64,000 nt of DNA, taken from positions 4,928,001-4,992,000 of the forward strand of contig CBDETY010000003.1 in NCBI GenBank assembly GCA_965243025.1, read 5' to 3'. Shown piece by piece: positions 9,082-19,619 of this stretch (its first letter is position 1; each line of letters opens with the position of its first letter). Below the pieces are notes generated by a model. It saw nothing but the letters and a program-made list of their open reading frames with translations, did no database searches and was not told the DNA's origin. This DNA comes from Candidatus Latescibacterota bacterium (lineage in GTDB: Bacteria; Latescibacterota; UBA2968; UBA8231). A program made the translations under genes and the position numbers.

Positions 9082-9531
9082 CTAAGGCCTGACCGCTTCG
9101 CCCATTGCCTCGACATGGCCCTCGTAACTCTGGCCTTCGTATTTCGAAGGGCATTTGGCGAAGATGATGTCGGCCTCGAAGAGACGCTGCCGCGGCAGGT
9201 ACCGGCCTTCCATCACCACCAGCGCCTCATCCTGAAAGGTGTCGGGCAGGACGGTGTTTCCGGAATACCTGACCTGCAGGGTGCGCTCGCCGTCGCCGAC
9301 GGTGAATTCCGGCCGGTGGCGGTACTCGTCCCATCGAATCGATCCCCTGACTACCGTACAGCCTCCAAGTTGGATGCGGCGGCCGGTGAGTTGCGCATCG
9401 TCGGCGCGCTCCAGCATCGACAGGGTCATGTGATGGGCAGCCGACTCGCGTACTCCGGCCGAGAACAGGTAGATCATGCCCGCGGCGATGACCAGGGAAC
9501 CGATTACAAACCTGTAGCGATTTATCAGCAT
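9082..9531 (-). CDS. ccmE: Heme chaperone CcmE, CxxxY type
   Basis: N-terminal TM, LPDTF, VVMEG, AKCPSKY motif; precedes ccmF. Confidence 0.92.
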   Translation of the reverse strand: MLINRYRFVIGSLVIAAGMIYLFSAGVRESAAHHMTLSMLERADDAQLTGRRIQLGGCTVVRGSIRWDEYRHRPEFTVGDGERTLQVRYSGNTVLPDTFQDEALVVMEGRYLPRQRLFEADIIFAKCPSKYEGQSYEGHVEAMGEAVRP

Positions 9532-9664
9532 GGGAGGAAAGCGAAGGCCTGCCTGATTGCGGCTCATCAAGCCGACTCCAGAACTTCCTCAATCGAGTAT
9601 GGATTCGCAAATGAACACCCTGCCCGCTGGTGTCCCGGGGGGCCATTGCCCGGGCGCGCAGGAA

Positions 9665-10813
9665 CTACAATTCGAGGAACCTGGGAAAGCTGGTGAGAAC
9701 CCTGCAGCCGCCATCCTCGACCGCCACGACATCCTCGATCCTCACTCCGCCGACCCCGGCGTAGTACAGCCCCGGTTCCACGGTGACGACGTGGCCGGTT
9801 TCGAGTCTGCCACCGCGTGAAGAAATACCCGGGCTCTCGTGAATCTCGAGTCCGAGGCCATGCCCGGTCCCGTGAAAGAAGCCCTGCATGCGGCCATCCC
9901 GCTCTCCTGTTTCGAAACCTGCCTCCTCGAACAGGGCGAGGATTTCGCGATGGATTTCACGGCCGTCCGCCTGGTTGCAAACAAGGCCCAGCCCCCGCTC
10001 CTGGGCGCTCAGGACCGTTTCGTACATCCGCTTCAGGGAATCCCCGGCACGTCCCTTGACGACGGTGCGGGTGATATCGCCGAAATAGCGGGTCGCGGCC
10101 GACCGCGGGAAGATGTCGATCACAATGGGTTGATGAGCCCGCAACGGGCCGCTTCCCTCCTCATGGGGGTCGCAGCTGTCCCGCCCGCAGGCGACAATGG
10201 TGTGCTCGGCGACGCAGTTCAGCTCGAGCAGGCGATGGTGAATCAGGTAGCGGATCTTCTCCGAAGTAAGGGTTTCTCCCTCCAGCCGCAGAAGACCGTC
10301 GTCCTCCACTGAAGAGGCTCGGAGGGCCGCGATGGCGGCTTCCATTCCGGCCTCGGCAGCCTTCAAAGCGGATTGAATCGCATCCAGCTCCGCCGGGCTC
10401 TTGATGGCTCGCTGCGGAAAAAGCGGGGGTTCGGCAACCTGGAGCTCATACCCGGCCGTGCGTAGGAAATCAGCGGCCGCGAGGGGAAACTCGGCCGGCA
10501 CCAGCAGCCGTTTCAACCCGATCTCTGACAGCGCCAGCGCCACAGCTCCGAAGTACAGGCAGGCCGCCGGGAGCGGTGGGGATTGCTGTGCGGCCTGGTG
10601 CTGGAAAGGAGCAATGGAAAGCACCCGGTCGACGCCGGCCTGGGCCTTGGCGCGGTCGATCTCCAGTTCGCTGACGAGTATCGTGCTGGCCTCCGCGGAC
10701 TGAACGAAGGTGTAGGGGTCAGGGGCCAGAAAGCCGCTGGCGTAATGCAGATCGGCGTTGTTTTCCGACGCCCCGATCAGCAGCATTCCGTCAGCGCCTC
10801 TGAAGTCCTCCAT
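9665..10813 (-). CDS. M24B Xaa-Pro peptidase
   Basis: IVIDIFP, GDITRT, HGTGHGLGLEIHE, TVEPGLY, GVRIED. Confidence 0.93.
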   Translation of the reverse strand: MEDFRGADGMLLIGASENNADLHYASGFLAPDPYTFVQSAEASTILVSELEIDRAKAQAGVDRVLSIAPFQHQAAQQSPPLPAACLYFGAVALALSEIGLKRLLVPAEFPLAAADFLRTAGYELQVAEPPLFPQRAIKSPAELDAIQSALKAAEAGMEAAIAALRASSVEDDGLLRLEGETLTSEKIRYLIHHRLLELNCVAEHTIVACGRDSCDPHEEGSGPLRAHQPIVIDIFPRSAATRYFGDITRTVVKGRAGDSLKRMYETVLSAQERGLGLVCNQADGREIHREILALFEEAGFETGERDGRMQGFFHGTGHGLGLEIHESPGISSRGGRLETGHVVTVEPGLYYAGVGGVRIEDVVAVEDGGCRVLTSFPRFLEL

Positions 10814-12243
10814 CAGTTGTTCCGGATTTTCAAGGCGCGGACATCGATGCCCCGACCGGCTCGCCAGATCCAGAAAAGGGCGGATTTCTCCGCTTCCAGC
10901 ACCGAGACCACCTCGAGCAGGTTTTCGGCGGAGACGACCCGTTCCCTGTCGATTTCAGTAATGATGTCGAATTGTCGAATCCCCTTTGAGGCCGCTGGAC
11001 CGTCGGCGTCGATCTCGAGTACGGCGACGGCCTCTTCGCCGTTGAGGAACCCGAGCTCGCCGGCAATTTCGCGCGTGAACCCGAGTTGCTCGGCACGCTC
11101 GGGTGACAGCGGGCCGACCACAAGGCCGAGTTGCGAAAGCCGCCGCCTCCCTTCGGCGAGCAACCGGTCCCGTTCAGGCTCCCCCAGTATCACTGGAACG
11201 AACATGGTATCCCCATTCCGGACGATGGTCAGGGAAACGCGGTCGCCAGGGTCGCGGGCGTAGATAAGAGTCTGGACTTCGTTGCTGAGGTTTACCTCGC
11301 GTTCGTCGAGAGCGAGCACCACGTCGCCGTGCAGCAACCCGGCACCTGAGGCGGGGGAGTCCTCGTCGACGTGGTTGATGAAGACGCCCCGAGGCACTGT
11401 CCCCCCCAGACCGGCGCGTTCGACCAGTGCCTGGTCGACATCGAGCATCGAGATGCCGATATAGCCGTGCACCGTGCGGCCGTGTTCGAGGATATCCCGC
11501 ATCGCTTCCTGTACCAGGTCGATGGGTACCGCAAGCCCGTATCCTATGAAATAGCCGGTGCGGGTCGAGATCGCGGTGTTGATGCCGACGACTTCTCCGT
11601 CCAGGTTGAGCAGCGGTCCGCCCGAGTTGCCGCGGTTTATGACGGCGTTGGTCTGGATGAAGCTCTCGATCGCGTAGTTGCCCCGAATGACCTCGGCCTG
11701 GCGTCCCAGGGCGGATACGATTCCGTGTGTGAGCGTCAAGCCGAGCCCCAGAGGGTGGCCGATGGCCAGTACCCAGTCACCGATGCGGAGCTCGTCCGAC
11801 CGCCCGAAAGGGACCACAGGCAGCCCGTCGGCATCGATCTTCAGGACGGCGATGTCGATCAGGGAATCCGATCCGACCACGGTAGCGGGGAAGGCGCGCC
11901 GGTCTGACAGGACGACGCTGATCGAGTCGGCGGCGTTGATTACGTGGTGATTGCTGAGAACGTACCCGTCGGCGCTGACCAGAGTACCGGATCCCAGATA
12001 GTTGAAGTGCTCTTTTTCGATCTCGGGGTGGTACGGGGGCAGAAAGCGGCGAATCGCAACCGTGCTGGGAGTCGTCCGGATCAGCACGACGGCGGGGGAT
12101 GCGCGGTCGTAGACCATGCGAAACGCCTCCCCGAGGTTCTCCAGCTGAGCCCTGGCAGCCATTCCCGGGTCTTGTCCCGAGGCCGGGGCAATGGCGAGCG
12201 CCGTCACCAGGGTCGCGGCGCAAGCTCGTGCGCGGACGGTCAT
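10813..12243 (-). CDS. htrA: HtrA/DegP-family serine protease with PDZ domains
   Basis: Signal peptide, SNHHV, DIAVLK, GNSGGPL catalytic Ser, two PDZ-like regions. Confidence 0.92.
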   Translation of the reverse strand: MTVRARACAATLVTALAIAPASGQDPGMAARAQLENLGEAFRMVYDRASPAVVLIRTTPSTVAIRRFLPPYHPEIEKEHFNYLGSGTLVSADGYVLSNHHVINAADSISVVLSDRRAFPATVVGSDSLIDIAVLKIDADGLPVVPFGRSDELRIGDWVLAIGHPLGLGLTLTHGIVSALGRQAEVIRGNYAIESFIQTNAVINRGNSGGPLLNLDGEVVGINTAISTRTGYFIGYGLAVPIDLVQEAMRDILEHGRTVHGYIGISMLDVDQALVERAGLGGTVPRGVFINHVDEDSPASGAGLLHGDVVLALDEREVNLSNEVQTLIYARDPGDRVSLTIVRNGDTMFVPVILGEPERDRLLAEGRRRLSQLGLVVGPLSPERAEQLGFTREIAGELGFLNGEEAVAVLEIDADGPAASKGIRQFDIITEIDRERVVSAENLLEVVSVLEAEKSALFWIWRAGRGIDVRALKIRNN

Positions 12244-13763
12244 TTCAGCCGGTAGTCAACGAGCTTTCGGTAGAGGGTGCGCAACCCGATTCCAAGCATT
12301 TCCGCCGCTTTTCGGCGGTTGCCGTTGACCCTTTTGAGGGCCTGCTCGATCGCCTCCCGCTCCAGCTCCCTGAGGGGGCGCACGCCGGTTCGGGAAGACC
12401 CGATCGCTGCCGGATCGAATTCGGGTCCGTCCATCCGGGGAACCTCCTCGATCTCTTCATCGACCTGGTAGATCGGTCGCGGCGGAAGCGGCGCCCGGTT
12501 GCCCAGGCGCTCGTCGACCAGCTGCCGCAACTCGGAGACTTCGCGTTTGAGGTCGAGAAGGGCGAAGTAGATCAACTCCCGCTCGGACTGATCCGGGGTT
12601 TTGTTGGTCGCCACCGGCAACTGCCGCAACCCGGAGGGAGGGGTTTCCAGGTGGGGAAGCAGGTCTTCGGGTTCCACCTGGCCCGAAGGACCGAGAAACA
12701 GCAGCCGCTCGACGAGGTTGCGCACCTCCCGGATGTTCCCAGGCCAGTCGTATTCCGTCAGCAGCTCGATGGCAGCGTCGGAAAAGCCGGCGAAACGGGT
12801 GGGAGCATCCCGGCCGTGAACGCGGACGAAGTGGTCGACCAGGGGTTCGATGTCTTCGCGGCGCTGTCGCAGCGGCGGGATGTTCAACTCGACAACCTTG
12901 AGCCGGTGGTACAGGTCGCGCCGGAACTCGCCGACGGTTACCGCCTGGGACAGGTCCTTGTTGCTCGCCGCTATTACGCGGACGTCGACAGGAATGGCGG
13001 AATCGCCGCCGATGCGGGTGATTTCCCGTTCCTCGAGGACGCGCAGCAGCCGCACCTGTGCTGACAACGCCATTTCGCCGATTTCGTCGAGGAAAACAGT
13101 GCCTCCGTCGGCCTGCTCGAAAACCCCCCGATACCGGGCGCGCGCATCGGTAAAGGCACCCCTTTCGTGACCGAAGAGCTCGTTTTCAAGCAGGTTTTCC
13201 GGAATGGCGCCGCAGTTCAGCACCTTGAAGGGGCGATTGCAGCGCGGGCTGTAGTGATGCAGGGCCTGGGCGACGACATCCTTGCCGACCCCGCTTTCGC
13301 CGCTGATCAGAACGGTTACCTGGGTCGGGGCAATCAACAGGATGCGGTCGCGCAACTCGCGGATCGCCTCGGAACGGCCGACGAGGCGATCGTGCAGGAA
13401 GCGGCTTTTTTCCAGCAGTCCCTGGACGCGGCCGCGCAGGTCTTCGGGTGAGACTGGAGCCTGAACGACCTCTTCGAGCGGGTTACCCCGGGATATCCGG
13501 TGCCATTGGGCCGCCGATCCGGTTGCCAGAATCAGCGCGGGCAGTTCGCGACGGTCGCTCAGTAACGCCGCCGCGGCGGCGAGCGCCCGACTGGGAAGGT
13601 TGAGGTCGACGATCACCAGGTCGGCTCCGCGGTCGAGAAGCCTTCTCAGCGCCGGAGCCTCGCGCACCTCTACTGTCTGCAGCGCCTCGAGGGCCGAGGT
13701 GGTTTCTTCGCGCATCCGCGGGTCCTGTGTGAACAGGAGTATGCGTTCGCTCTTGCCCGCCAT
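12240..13763 (-). CDS. Sigma-54-dependent activator (REC-like, AAA+, Fis HTH)
   Basis: GESGVGKD, GAFTDA, FLDEIGE, WPGNIRE, C-terminal HTH GIGLRTLYRKL. Confidence 0.93.
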   Translation of the reverse strand: MAGKSERILLFTQDPRMREETTSALEALQTVEVREAPALRRLLDRGADLVIVDLNLPSRALAAAAALLSDRRELPALILATGSAAQWHRISRGNPLEEVVQAPVSPEDLRGRVQGLLEKSRFLHDRLVGRSEAIRELRDRILLIAPTQVTVLISGESGVGKDVVAQALHHYSPRCNRPFKVLNCGAIPENLLENELFGHERGAFTDARARYRGVFEQADGGTVFLDEIGEMALSAQVRLLRVLEEREITRIGGDSAIPVDVRVIAASNKDLSQAVTVGEFRRDLYHRLKVVELNIPPLRQRREDIEPLVDHFVRVHGRDAPTRFAGFSDAAIELLTEYDWPGNIREVRNLVERLLFLGPSGQVEPEDLLPHLETPPSGLRQLPVATNKTPDQSERELIYFALLDLKREVSELRQLVDERLGNRAPLPPRPIYQVDEEIEEVPRMDGPEFDPAAIGSSRTGVRPLRELEREAIEQALKRVNGNRRKAAEMLGIGLRTLYRKLVDYRLK

Positions 13764-13935
13764 GCTCAGTCTGGGCCCGGCTGCATACCTCGGCGCAGGA
13801 ATACCCCCGGCAAAGGCCTGTCGGGGTGCGCACCGTTTCGGTTGCCTGCGCGGCTAACCCGGGGCCTGGCGCTGCCTGCCGGGATGGGACCTTCTGAATT
13901 CCACTGTCGGCTTTTCAGCAGGGTGCCGGTGCCAC

Positions 13936-16900
13936 TCACCGGTTCCTCGTGCGCTCGAGGCCCTCCCGGGCGATCTTGCCGTATTCGCTGTCGCTGCCTT
14001 CGCGGCGGATGATGCGGTCGTAGATACTGGCCGCCTGTGCGAGTTCCCCCAGCTCTTCGTGGCACTGTGCGCGTTTGAAATCTGCGGAGTTGATCCAGCC
14101 GGCGAACACGCCGGATCCGTGAAAGGAGACCCGGTAGTAGGCTTCGATGGCATCGCGGTAAAGTCCCATCCGCTGGAAGGATTCGCCGATGTAGTAACGG
14201 GCCTGAGCTGCGATATCCCCCTGAGCCCATTCGAGAACACCTTCCAGATATTCGATCGCCTGGCTGTACTGGCCTCTTTCCTTGAGAATGTAGCCGATTT
14301 CGAGATGCACGGCATTGGCGTGCGGGTGGTCGGGATACTGTTCCAGCAGGCGTCTGGCAATGCGGCGGGCCTCGTCCCACTCGAACAGGTCTCGGTAACA
14401 GAGCAGGAGCGACCAGAACGCCTCCTGCTTCTGTGCGTCGGAACCGGCCCCGTCGACGACACGGCGAAAAGCCCCGGCCGCCGGGAGCAGCTGCTTGAGC
14501 ACGCCCCGGTAGTAGTGGCCCAGGCGCAGGTGGACGTTTGCCCCGAACGCCGATTCCCCGTGCTTGCGGGCGAACTGCACCTGGGCTTCCAGGGCGCGCG
14601 CCGCCCGCTCTTCGGTCGGTTCCCGAAGGTTCTGCTCCCATAAGGCTGTGACGACGAAATAGCTGGCCGCCGCTGCCGGGTTCTCTGTGATTTTGACCAG
14701 CTCTTCGTCCGGGATCTCGAATCCCGGGCTGACGGCGCTGGTTCTTTCAGCCTGCTTTTCCGCGCCCCGAAAAATCTTCAGCGCCCTGCCGTAGTTGTGA
14801 ACGCGCAGGTAGTGCCGTCCGGATTCCAGGGTGAGAATCCAGTACCATGCACCTCCCTCGGGCACATTGTCGAGAACGGAACCGGCGATTTTTTTGGCGG
14901 CGTCGGCACGTCCGAGTCTGTAGAGACAGACTGCCCGCAAACCGTCGACGGCGGTTCCCTTGCCGGCCTCGTAGGAGGCAAGGGCGCGGTCGAAGCGACC
15001 GGCGGCGAAATGGTGATCTCCCGCCGCCCGTGAAGCAGCGGAAGCCACCTCTGCAATGGAGCTGCGGCGCAGCCGTTCGAAAAGGGCGACCGCTTCCTCC
15101 GGGCGATTCAGGCGCCGCAACAGACGGGCTTTCGCCAGTTTCATGCTGTCGGCGTAGGCCGCCGATGGATGGGCGGACAACAGCTGTTCGAACAGTCCCA
15201 GGGATGCCTGGTAGTCCCCATTGCGTTCGTAGGCCCTGGCCAGTTGCCTCCGGATGACGGCCCCGGGCTCCCCCTGGGGGTCTGATTTCTGCAGCTGCTG
15301 CAGCGCCGAGACGGCGGCGGGATAGCTGCCGAGTTCGAGGTAGGCGGACGCCAGGGCCATCTGCACTTCCCGGCGCTCGGGAAACGCCGGGTAGGCCAGC
15401 AGCAGTTCCTCGAAGCGGGCCGCTCCCTCGACGATTCTCGATTCGGCCATCAATGCCTTGCCGAGCTCGAACAGGACCTCCGGAATCAGGGAGCTGCCGG
15501 AGAGATCTCCAAGGAGGGCTTCGAGGGAATCGACGGCAGCCGCCGTCTCGCCCAACCGGGCCCGGCTTGCGGCGGCGCCGAAACGCGCCTTCGGTGCATA
15601 CTCCCCACCCGGCGATTCGCCGAAGGCGCGTCGATAGGCGGCAAGTGCCGCTCCCCAGTGGTCGCTGTCCGTCGCTGCGTACCTGAGAGCGTCGGCCAGT
15701 TTCAGTTCGGCGGCGGCTCGCAGTTCCGGGCCGACGCCCTCGTTCAGCCGGAACGAGACCAGCCGTTCCGCAAGCAGAAGTGCCCGTTGGTCCGCGCCGG
15801 TTTCCTCCAGATCCGCGTCGAGAAGGCGGAACCGGGCGAGCCGATGCCAGCGCTCGTCTCCTTCAGCGGCGAGCTCGCGAAACCGCTGCAGGCCAAGCCG
15901 CAGCAGTGAGTCTGCCTGGGAATCGAGCCCCTCTGCCCGGCGCTGGCGAGCCAGCGACTGCAGGCAGTCAGCGAGGAGGAATTCGGCTTCGGCAATCGTT
16001 TCGTCGCCGCCGTAGTCGGCGACGAATGCCTCCAGCTGCCGAACGGCATTGGGGTAATCGTGGTTCTCTCTCAGGGTATTGATTACCCGGAACCGGACCT
16101 CCTGCCGCGGGGCGCCGCCGAGCTCGTCCAGCCAGGCCTGTCGCAGGGCGCGGTCGAGGCCGGATCTGTCGAGAATGGTGAACTCGCGCAGATACTCGAC
16201 TCGCCGGCGCGCCTCTGCTGCCAGCACGTGCGCGGGAAAGCGTTCCAGAAAGGTCAGATACTCCCGCAGCGCGAATCCGGGAAGGCCGCCGTGTTCGTAG
16301 GCGCGTGCCGTACCCAGTTGCGCTTGTGCGGCGATGGCCGCATCGACGTGCAGGAGATGCTGGAACTGGGCAATCGCGTCGTTGCTGTACCCGGCCGCAT
16401 CGAGGACCTGGGCGAGGTTCAGTCGCACCTGTGCCTGGGCCCTCGCATCCTGGTTTTCTGCATCGTTCAGATAATGTCTGTACCAGGTGGCGGAGCGGGT
16501 CAGATCGCCGCGGCGGCGGTACAGCGCCGCCAGCTCTTCCATCGCCTTGGCTCGAAACGGAGAGGTTCGGGGGGTGGCGGGTTGTTGAATGACTGCCAGG
16601 AACAAAGGGATCGCTTCGGCGAAGCGGTCCGTGTGGCCATGGCAAATGGCAACCCCGAGCTGAGCGGAACCCCGTATGAGGTCGCCCGCCCCGGAATCCT
16701 CCGCGAGCCGTCGATAGCGCACGAGGGCGGCCTTGTAACGGCCGCTCAGACGCAATGCCTCGGCCGCCCCGAGCTCGGCCCGCCGCCGCAACCCCGGATC
16801 GGATACCTGCTTGCGCGCCTGGTTGAAGACTTCGACCGCGCGGTCGTACTGCGCTTTCGCAATGGCGTAATCCCCGGATTCGAACCAGGAGCTGTCCGCG

Positions 16901-17631
16901 TGGTCAGAGCGCGGGTACCGGTTGCGCAACGCCGTGAAAGCCTGCTCGGCCAGGGCCGGTTTACCGAGAAAGAGCTGGATCCTGCCCGTCAGCAGAAAGG
17001 CGTCCTTTACGGCGTCGGCGTCCCGCCCGGAGGTTGTAACCTGATCGAGCAGGCGCTGCGCGCGATCGGCCCTGCCGGAGGCGAAGGCGATGCGGGCCAT
17101 GTTGAAGCGCGCCCTGGAGGCCAGCCGGTGGCTGGCGTACTCCGCAATCAGGCGCTCGTAGGCCGCGATTGCCGCCGGCAGGTTCTGTGCCCTGGTGTAG
17201 TTGGCTGCGGCGTCGATGAGGGCGGGAACGGCGAATTCACCGACCGGGAACAGCCGCTGGATCTCTTCGTGCGCAACCGCGGCCCTCGCAAACTCTCCGA
17301 GTTGTTCCCAACAGACAGCTCGCTCCCGCCTCGCTTCGGCCGTACCGAGGTGCTCGGGATGCTCCGTGAGGTACTCTTCGTAAGCGGGAACGGCTTGCTC
17401 GCAACGCCCGCTGCGGGCGTACGAACGCGCCAGAAGCAAACGGGCTTCGGGAAGGTTGCGGTGGTGGGGATAGTTGCGGATGAAGTCCGCGAACAGCTGG
17501 GAGGCGGTACCGTAGTCGCCGGCATCGCGAAACAGATTGCGCGCCAGCTTGAAATCGTCGTCGGAGCGCTCTTCGAGAGACTGTCCCCAGGTACCGGAGG
17601 CAGCGGCGAAAAAGCTGCAGACAAGGCACAA
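13936..17631 (-). CDS. Large exported tetratricopeptide-repeat protein
   Basis: More than 1200 aa of TPR-like helical repeats (..YP.H..A.EA..). Start uncertain: TTG 17631 has GGAGG 10 nt upstream, while the track start at 18027 overlaps ispE. Confidence 0.85.
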   Translation of the reverse strand: MCLVCSFFAAASGTWGQSLEERSDDDFKLARNLFRDAGDYGTASQLFADFIRNYPHHRNLPEARLLLARSYARSGRCEQAVPAYEEYLTEHPEHLGTAEARRERAVCWEQLGEFARAAVAHEEIQRLFPVGEFAVPALIDAAANYTRAQNLPAAIAAYERLIAEYASHRLASRARFNMARIAFASGRADRAQRLLDQVTTSGRDADAVKDAFLLTGRIQLFLGKPALAEQAFTALRNRYPRSDHADSSWFESGDYAIAKAQYDRAVEVFNQARKQVSDPGLRRRAELGAAEALRLSGRYKAALVRYRRLAEDSGAGDLIRGSAQLGVAICHGHTDRFAEAIPLFLAVIQQPATPRTSPFRAKAMEELAALYRRRGDLTRSATWYRHYLNDAENQDARAQAQVRLNLAQVLDAAGYSNDAIAQFQHLLHVDAAIAAQAQLGTARAYEHGGLPGFALREYLTFLERFPAHVLAAEARRRVEYLREFTILDRSGLDRALRQAWLDELGGAPRQEVRFRVINTLRENHDYPNAVRQLEAFVADYGGDETIAEAEFLLADCLQSLARQRRAEGLDSQADSLLRLGLQRFRELAAEGDERWHRLARFRLLDADLEETGADQRALLLAERLVSFRLNEGVGPELRAAAELKLADALRYAATDSDHWGAALAAYRRAFGESPGGEYAPKARFGAAASRARLGETAAAVDSLEALLGDLSGSSLIPEVLFELGKALMAESRIVEGAARFEELLLAYPAFPERREVQMALASAYLELGSYPAAVSALQQLQKSDPQGEPGAVIRRQLARAYERNGDYQASLGLFEQLLSAHPSAAYADSMKLAKARLLRRLNRPEEAVALFERLRRSSIAEVASAASRAAGDHHFAAGRFDRALASYEAGKGTAVDGLRAVCLYRLGRADAAKKIAGSVLDNVPEGGAWYWILTLESGRHYLRVHNYGRALKIFRGAEKQAERTSAVSPGFEIPDEELVKITENPAAAASYFVVTALWEQNLREPTEERAARALEAQVQFARKHGESAFGANVHLRLGHYYRGVLKQLLPAAGAFRRVVDGAGSDAQKQEAFWSLLLCYRDLFEWDEARRIARRLLEQYPDHPHANAVHLEIGYILKERGQYSQAIEYLEGVLEWAQGDIAAQARYYIGESFQRMGLYRDAIEAYYRVSFHGSGVFAGWINSADFKRAQCHEELGELAQAASIYDRIIRREGSDSEYGKIAREGLERTRNR

Positions 17632-17806
17632 CCCGGCGAATCCTCCGGGTAGTGGCAGGTGCCGTACAGATGCTACAACGTTGTAAAAAAACAATCGGTT
17701 GTGTGGTTCCTGACGGAACGGGAAGGATGTCGGGCCGGGGAAAAGGACATACAATTGATGTGCAGATTTCGGATTATATGGTTCGTATTTGTGGAGGTCA
17801 AGCATC

Positions 17807-18691
17807 GTGACCCCGGGCCCCGGAGAAACCGGACAGGACCCCTTGTTGGTGGAAAAAGCGCATGCCAAGGTCAACCTGGGTCTGAAGATCCTCGGCAGAC
17901 GGGAGGATGGCTTCCACGACCTGGTCAGTATCTGCCAGACTGTCGACCTCAGCGACAGGTTGGAGTTCTTTCCCGCCTCCTCCGACCGCATGAGTTGTTC
18001 GGCCTCGGAGCTGGCGTGCGCCGACAACCTGGTGATGCGCGCCCTCAGCCTGTGCCGCCGCCGGATGGGAGGCGATCACCAGCCTGTGCATGTTCACCTC
18101 GAAAAGCGGATCCCGGTCGGGGCCGGCCTCGGTGGGGGCAGCGCCGATGCAGCGGCCGTACTCAGGGCGATGGCCGCGATCACGGGAGTTCAGACCGATA
18201 CGGACACCCTTGCCGCCTGGGGGGCTGCGCTCGGGTCGGATGTTCCCTTCCTGGTCCGCGGGGGGACTGCCGTGATTCGGGGGCGCGGCGAAATCATCGA
18301 GCCGGTTTCGTGCCAACGGCTCGAGTACGTCATCGCTTATCCCGGGGTGGAAGTCGATACCGCCTGGGCCTACGCTCAACTACGCGGTCTCAAATTGACA
18401 CCCATTTCGGCTTACGCTAGATTTGCTGGCTCGCTTGGCGGCGGGCGCGTCGATACGGATCGCCTGGTCGAGTTGGTCGACAACGACTTCCAGCCGATCG
18501 TCGAACGAGCCAAACCCATCGTCGCAGATACAAGAGAGCAACTGCTGGCCGCTGGTGCCGCAACCGCATCCCTGACCGGCAGCGGCTCCGCCGTATACGG
18601 CATATTCGACGACCGGATCGCCGCCGCGTCGGCTCACTCGCAGCTGACGGCGAAGGGCATCCGGTCTTTTCATTGCAGGACCCAGGATTAG
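17807..18691 (+). CDS. ispE: 4-diphosphocytidyl-2-C-methyl-D-erythritol kinase
   Basis: AKVNLGL, DGFHDL, KRIPVGAGLGGGSADAA, GSDVPF, TGSGS; GGAGG before GTG 17807. Confidence 0.96.
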   Translation: MTPGPGETGQDPLLVEKAHAKVNLGLKILGRREDGFHDLVSICQTVDLSDRLEFFPASSDRMSCSASELACADNLVMRALSLCRRRMGGDHQPVHVHLEKRIPVGAGLGGGSADAAAVLRAMAAITGVQTDTDTLAAWGAALGSDVPFLVRGGTAVIRGRGEIIEPVSCQRLEYVIAYPGVEVDTAWAYAQLRGLKLTPISAYARFAGSLGGGRVDTDRLVELVDNDFQPIVERAKPIVADTREQLLAAGAATASLTGSGSAVYGIFDDRIAAASAHSQLTAKGIRSFHCRTQD

Positions 18692-18768
18692 TGGAAGACG
18701 CGCAGTTCCCCGGCCAACCGAGGGACGCGCATATGCTGGTTCAGCCAGGGAAAGAAAACCCATTTTGC

Positions 18769-18843
18769 TGCCCGGTCGTTCAATTGGTAGGACAACGGAT
18801 TTTGGTTCCGTCTATCGAGGTTCAAGTCCTCGCCGGGCAGCCA
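18769..18843 (+). tRNA. tRNA-Gln(TTG)
   Basis: Acceptor TGCCCGG/CCGGGCA, anticodon arm ACGGA-TTTTGGT-TCCGT, T arm CGAGG-TTCAAGT-CCTCG, encoded CCA. Confidence 0.96.
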
Positions 18844-18914
18844 ATAATCGCAAGCGGCAAGTGCCGGGTGGAATGCTGCCCGGGCGAAGAAACCCGAGTC
18901 GGGAGATGTGATCC

Positions 18915-19619
18915 ATGCATGCGGTCAAGATGCAGATTTTCAGCCGCGACGAGATCAAGCTGGATATCGAGGAGCGAAGCGAGCGTGGCAAAGGGCCGGT
19001 CGGTCGGTTGCGACGGGATGGGGGCATGCTCCCCGGCATCATTTACGGCCGTCACCGGGAACCGCTCCCTTTCAAGGTGGAAACCCTCTCCCTCGAGCGT
19101 GCACTGAGCAAGGGTGGCCAGGATGCCGTCTTTCTGCTGCAGATGAGCGGCAACGGCTCCGGAGACCAGGCCGTGGTGCGTGAAATCCAGTATCACAAGG
19201 TCACGGGCGATATCCTGCACGTAGACATGCTCAGAATCGATCCCGAAGAGCATTTGCGCGTCGAGGTGCCGATTTCCACGGTCGGTATACCCGTAGGGGT
19301 GCATGTCGGCGGTGGCGCCGTGCAGCATTCCCTGCAGCGGCTGGAAATGGTTTGCCTGGCTTCGGAGTTGCCGTCTCGCGTCGAGATCGAAATCGCCGAA
19401 CTCGACATCGGCAGCAGCATTCACGTAAGCGATCTCCTGGAACAGGACAACCGGATCATGACGGATCCTGCCACCACCATAGTCAGCGTGCTGTCGCCGC
19501 GTCTGACGGTCGACGAAGAGCAGGTCGAGGAGGAGGAAGAGGAGCCGCTCGAAGGCGAAGCTCCGGAAGAAGACGGAGAGATCGAACAGACAGATGACGC
19601 AGGAGACGACGACTCCTGA
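18915..19619 (+). CDS. rplY: 50S ribosomal protein L25/Ctc
   Basis: RLRRDG..PGIIYG, IQYHKV..ILHVD, acidic tail; precedes pth. Confidence 0.95.
   Translation: MHAVKMQIFSRDEIKLDIEERSERGKGPVGRLRRDGGMLPGIIYGRHREPLPFKVETLSLERALSKGGQDAVFLLQMSGNGSGDQAVVREIQYHKVTGDILHVDMLRIDPEEHLRVEVPISTVGIPVGVHVGGGAVQHSLQRLEMVCLASELPSRVEIEIAELDIGSSIHVSDLLEQDNRIMTDPATTIVSVLSPRLTVDEEQVEEEEEEPLEGEAPEEDGEIEQTDDAGDDDS

Noticed and set aside
17632-18027. N-terminal extension of the TPR protein overlapping ispE
   Set aside because: It would overlap ispE head-to-head and leave no promoter space; a later start with an RBS exists.
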